From: a virus
IMG/VR virus record: IMGVR_UViG_3300034170_000023
Coordinates: 1 to 64,000 of that record
Strand: one strand, 5' to 3'
DNA length: 64,000 bases
The notes beneath the pieces are model-generated. The model was not told the DNA's origin and searched no databases. It saw only the letters and a list, made by a program, of their open reading frames with translations. This document shows, in pieces, positions 63,898-64,000 of the stretch. Numbering within the stretch: the first letter of the stretch is position 1; every line of letters starts with the position of its first letter. A program made the position numbers and the translations under genes.

Positions 63898-64000
63898 TTA
63901 TAAGTCTTCTCTTTGATGTCTAGTCGTTTACGGACTTCATTAAGGTCAATTGGAAAGTAGCCTGTATGTTCCATACAAACATTCAAGTATTTAGGGTCAT
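63894..64000 (-). CDS. C-terminus of a probable metallophosphoesterase (partial)
   Basis: DPKYLNVCMEHTGYFPIDL resembles the C-terminus of phage calcineurin-like phosphoesterases. Confidence 0.5.
   Translation of the reverse strand, partial: DPKYLNVCMEHTGYFPIDLNEVRKRLDIKEKTYK

Overview
Part of a virulent, contractile-tailed dsDNA phage genome (Felix O1/phi92/ICP1-like gene order; host probably a gammaproteobacterium, plausibly Pseudomonas, inferred only). 1-23.6 kb (+): portal gene split by a group I intron carrying an HNH endonuclease, head, neck, sheath, three tube-like paralogs, a -1 frameshifted tail chaperone, tape measure, baseplate, tail fibre, SGNH hydrolase and a SAR-endolysin/holin/spanin cassette. 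23.7-42.9 kb (-): class I RNR, ThyX, nucleotide hydrolases, exonuclease, SSB, family-B DNA polymerase and T7-like primase-helicase. 42.9-57.0 kb (+): small early genes behind about 14 sigma70-type promoter cassettes. 57.0-57.8 kb: non-coding convergence zone with a dif-like XerD site inside an inverted repeat and two tandem sigma54 (-24/-12) sites. 57.8-64 kb (-): small genes. The strongest novelty candidates are (i) two convergent paralogous SF2-like helicase genes, each followed at the same distance by the same 42-43 bp palindrome-plus-box motif (a possible helicase-plus-origin module), (ii) the cluster of host-factor binding sites at 57.1-57.65 kb, and (iii) covarying inverted repeats around the -10 elements of the early promoters. 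No tRNA, CRISPR array or integrase was seen. Family assignments come from motif recognition by eye, not from database searches.
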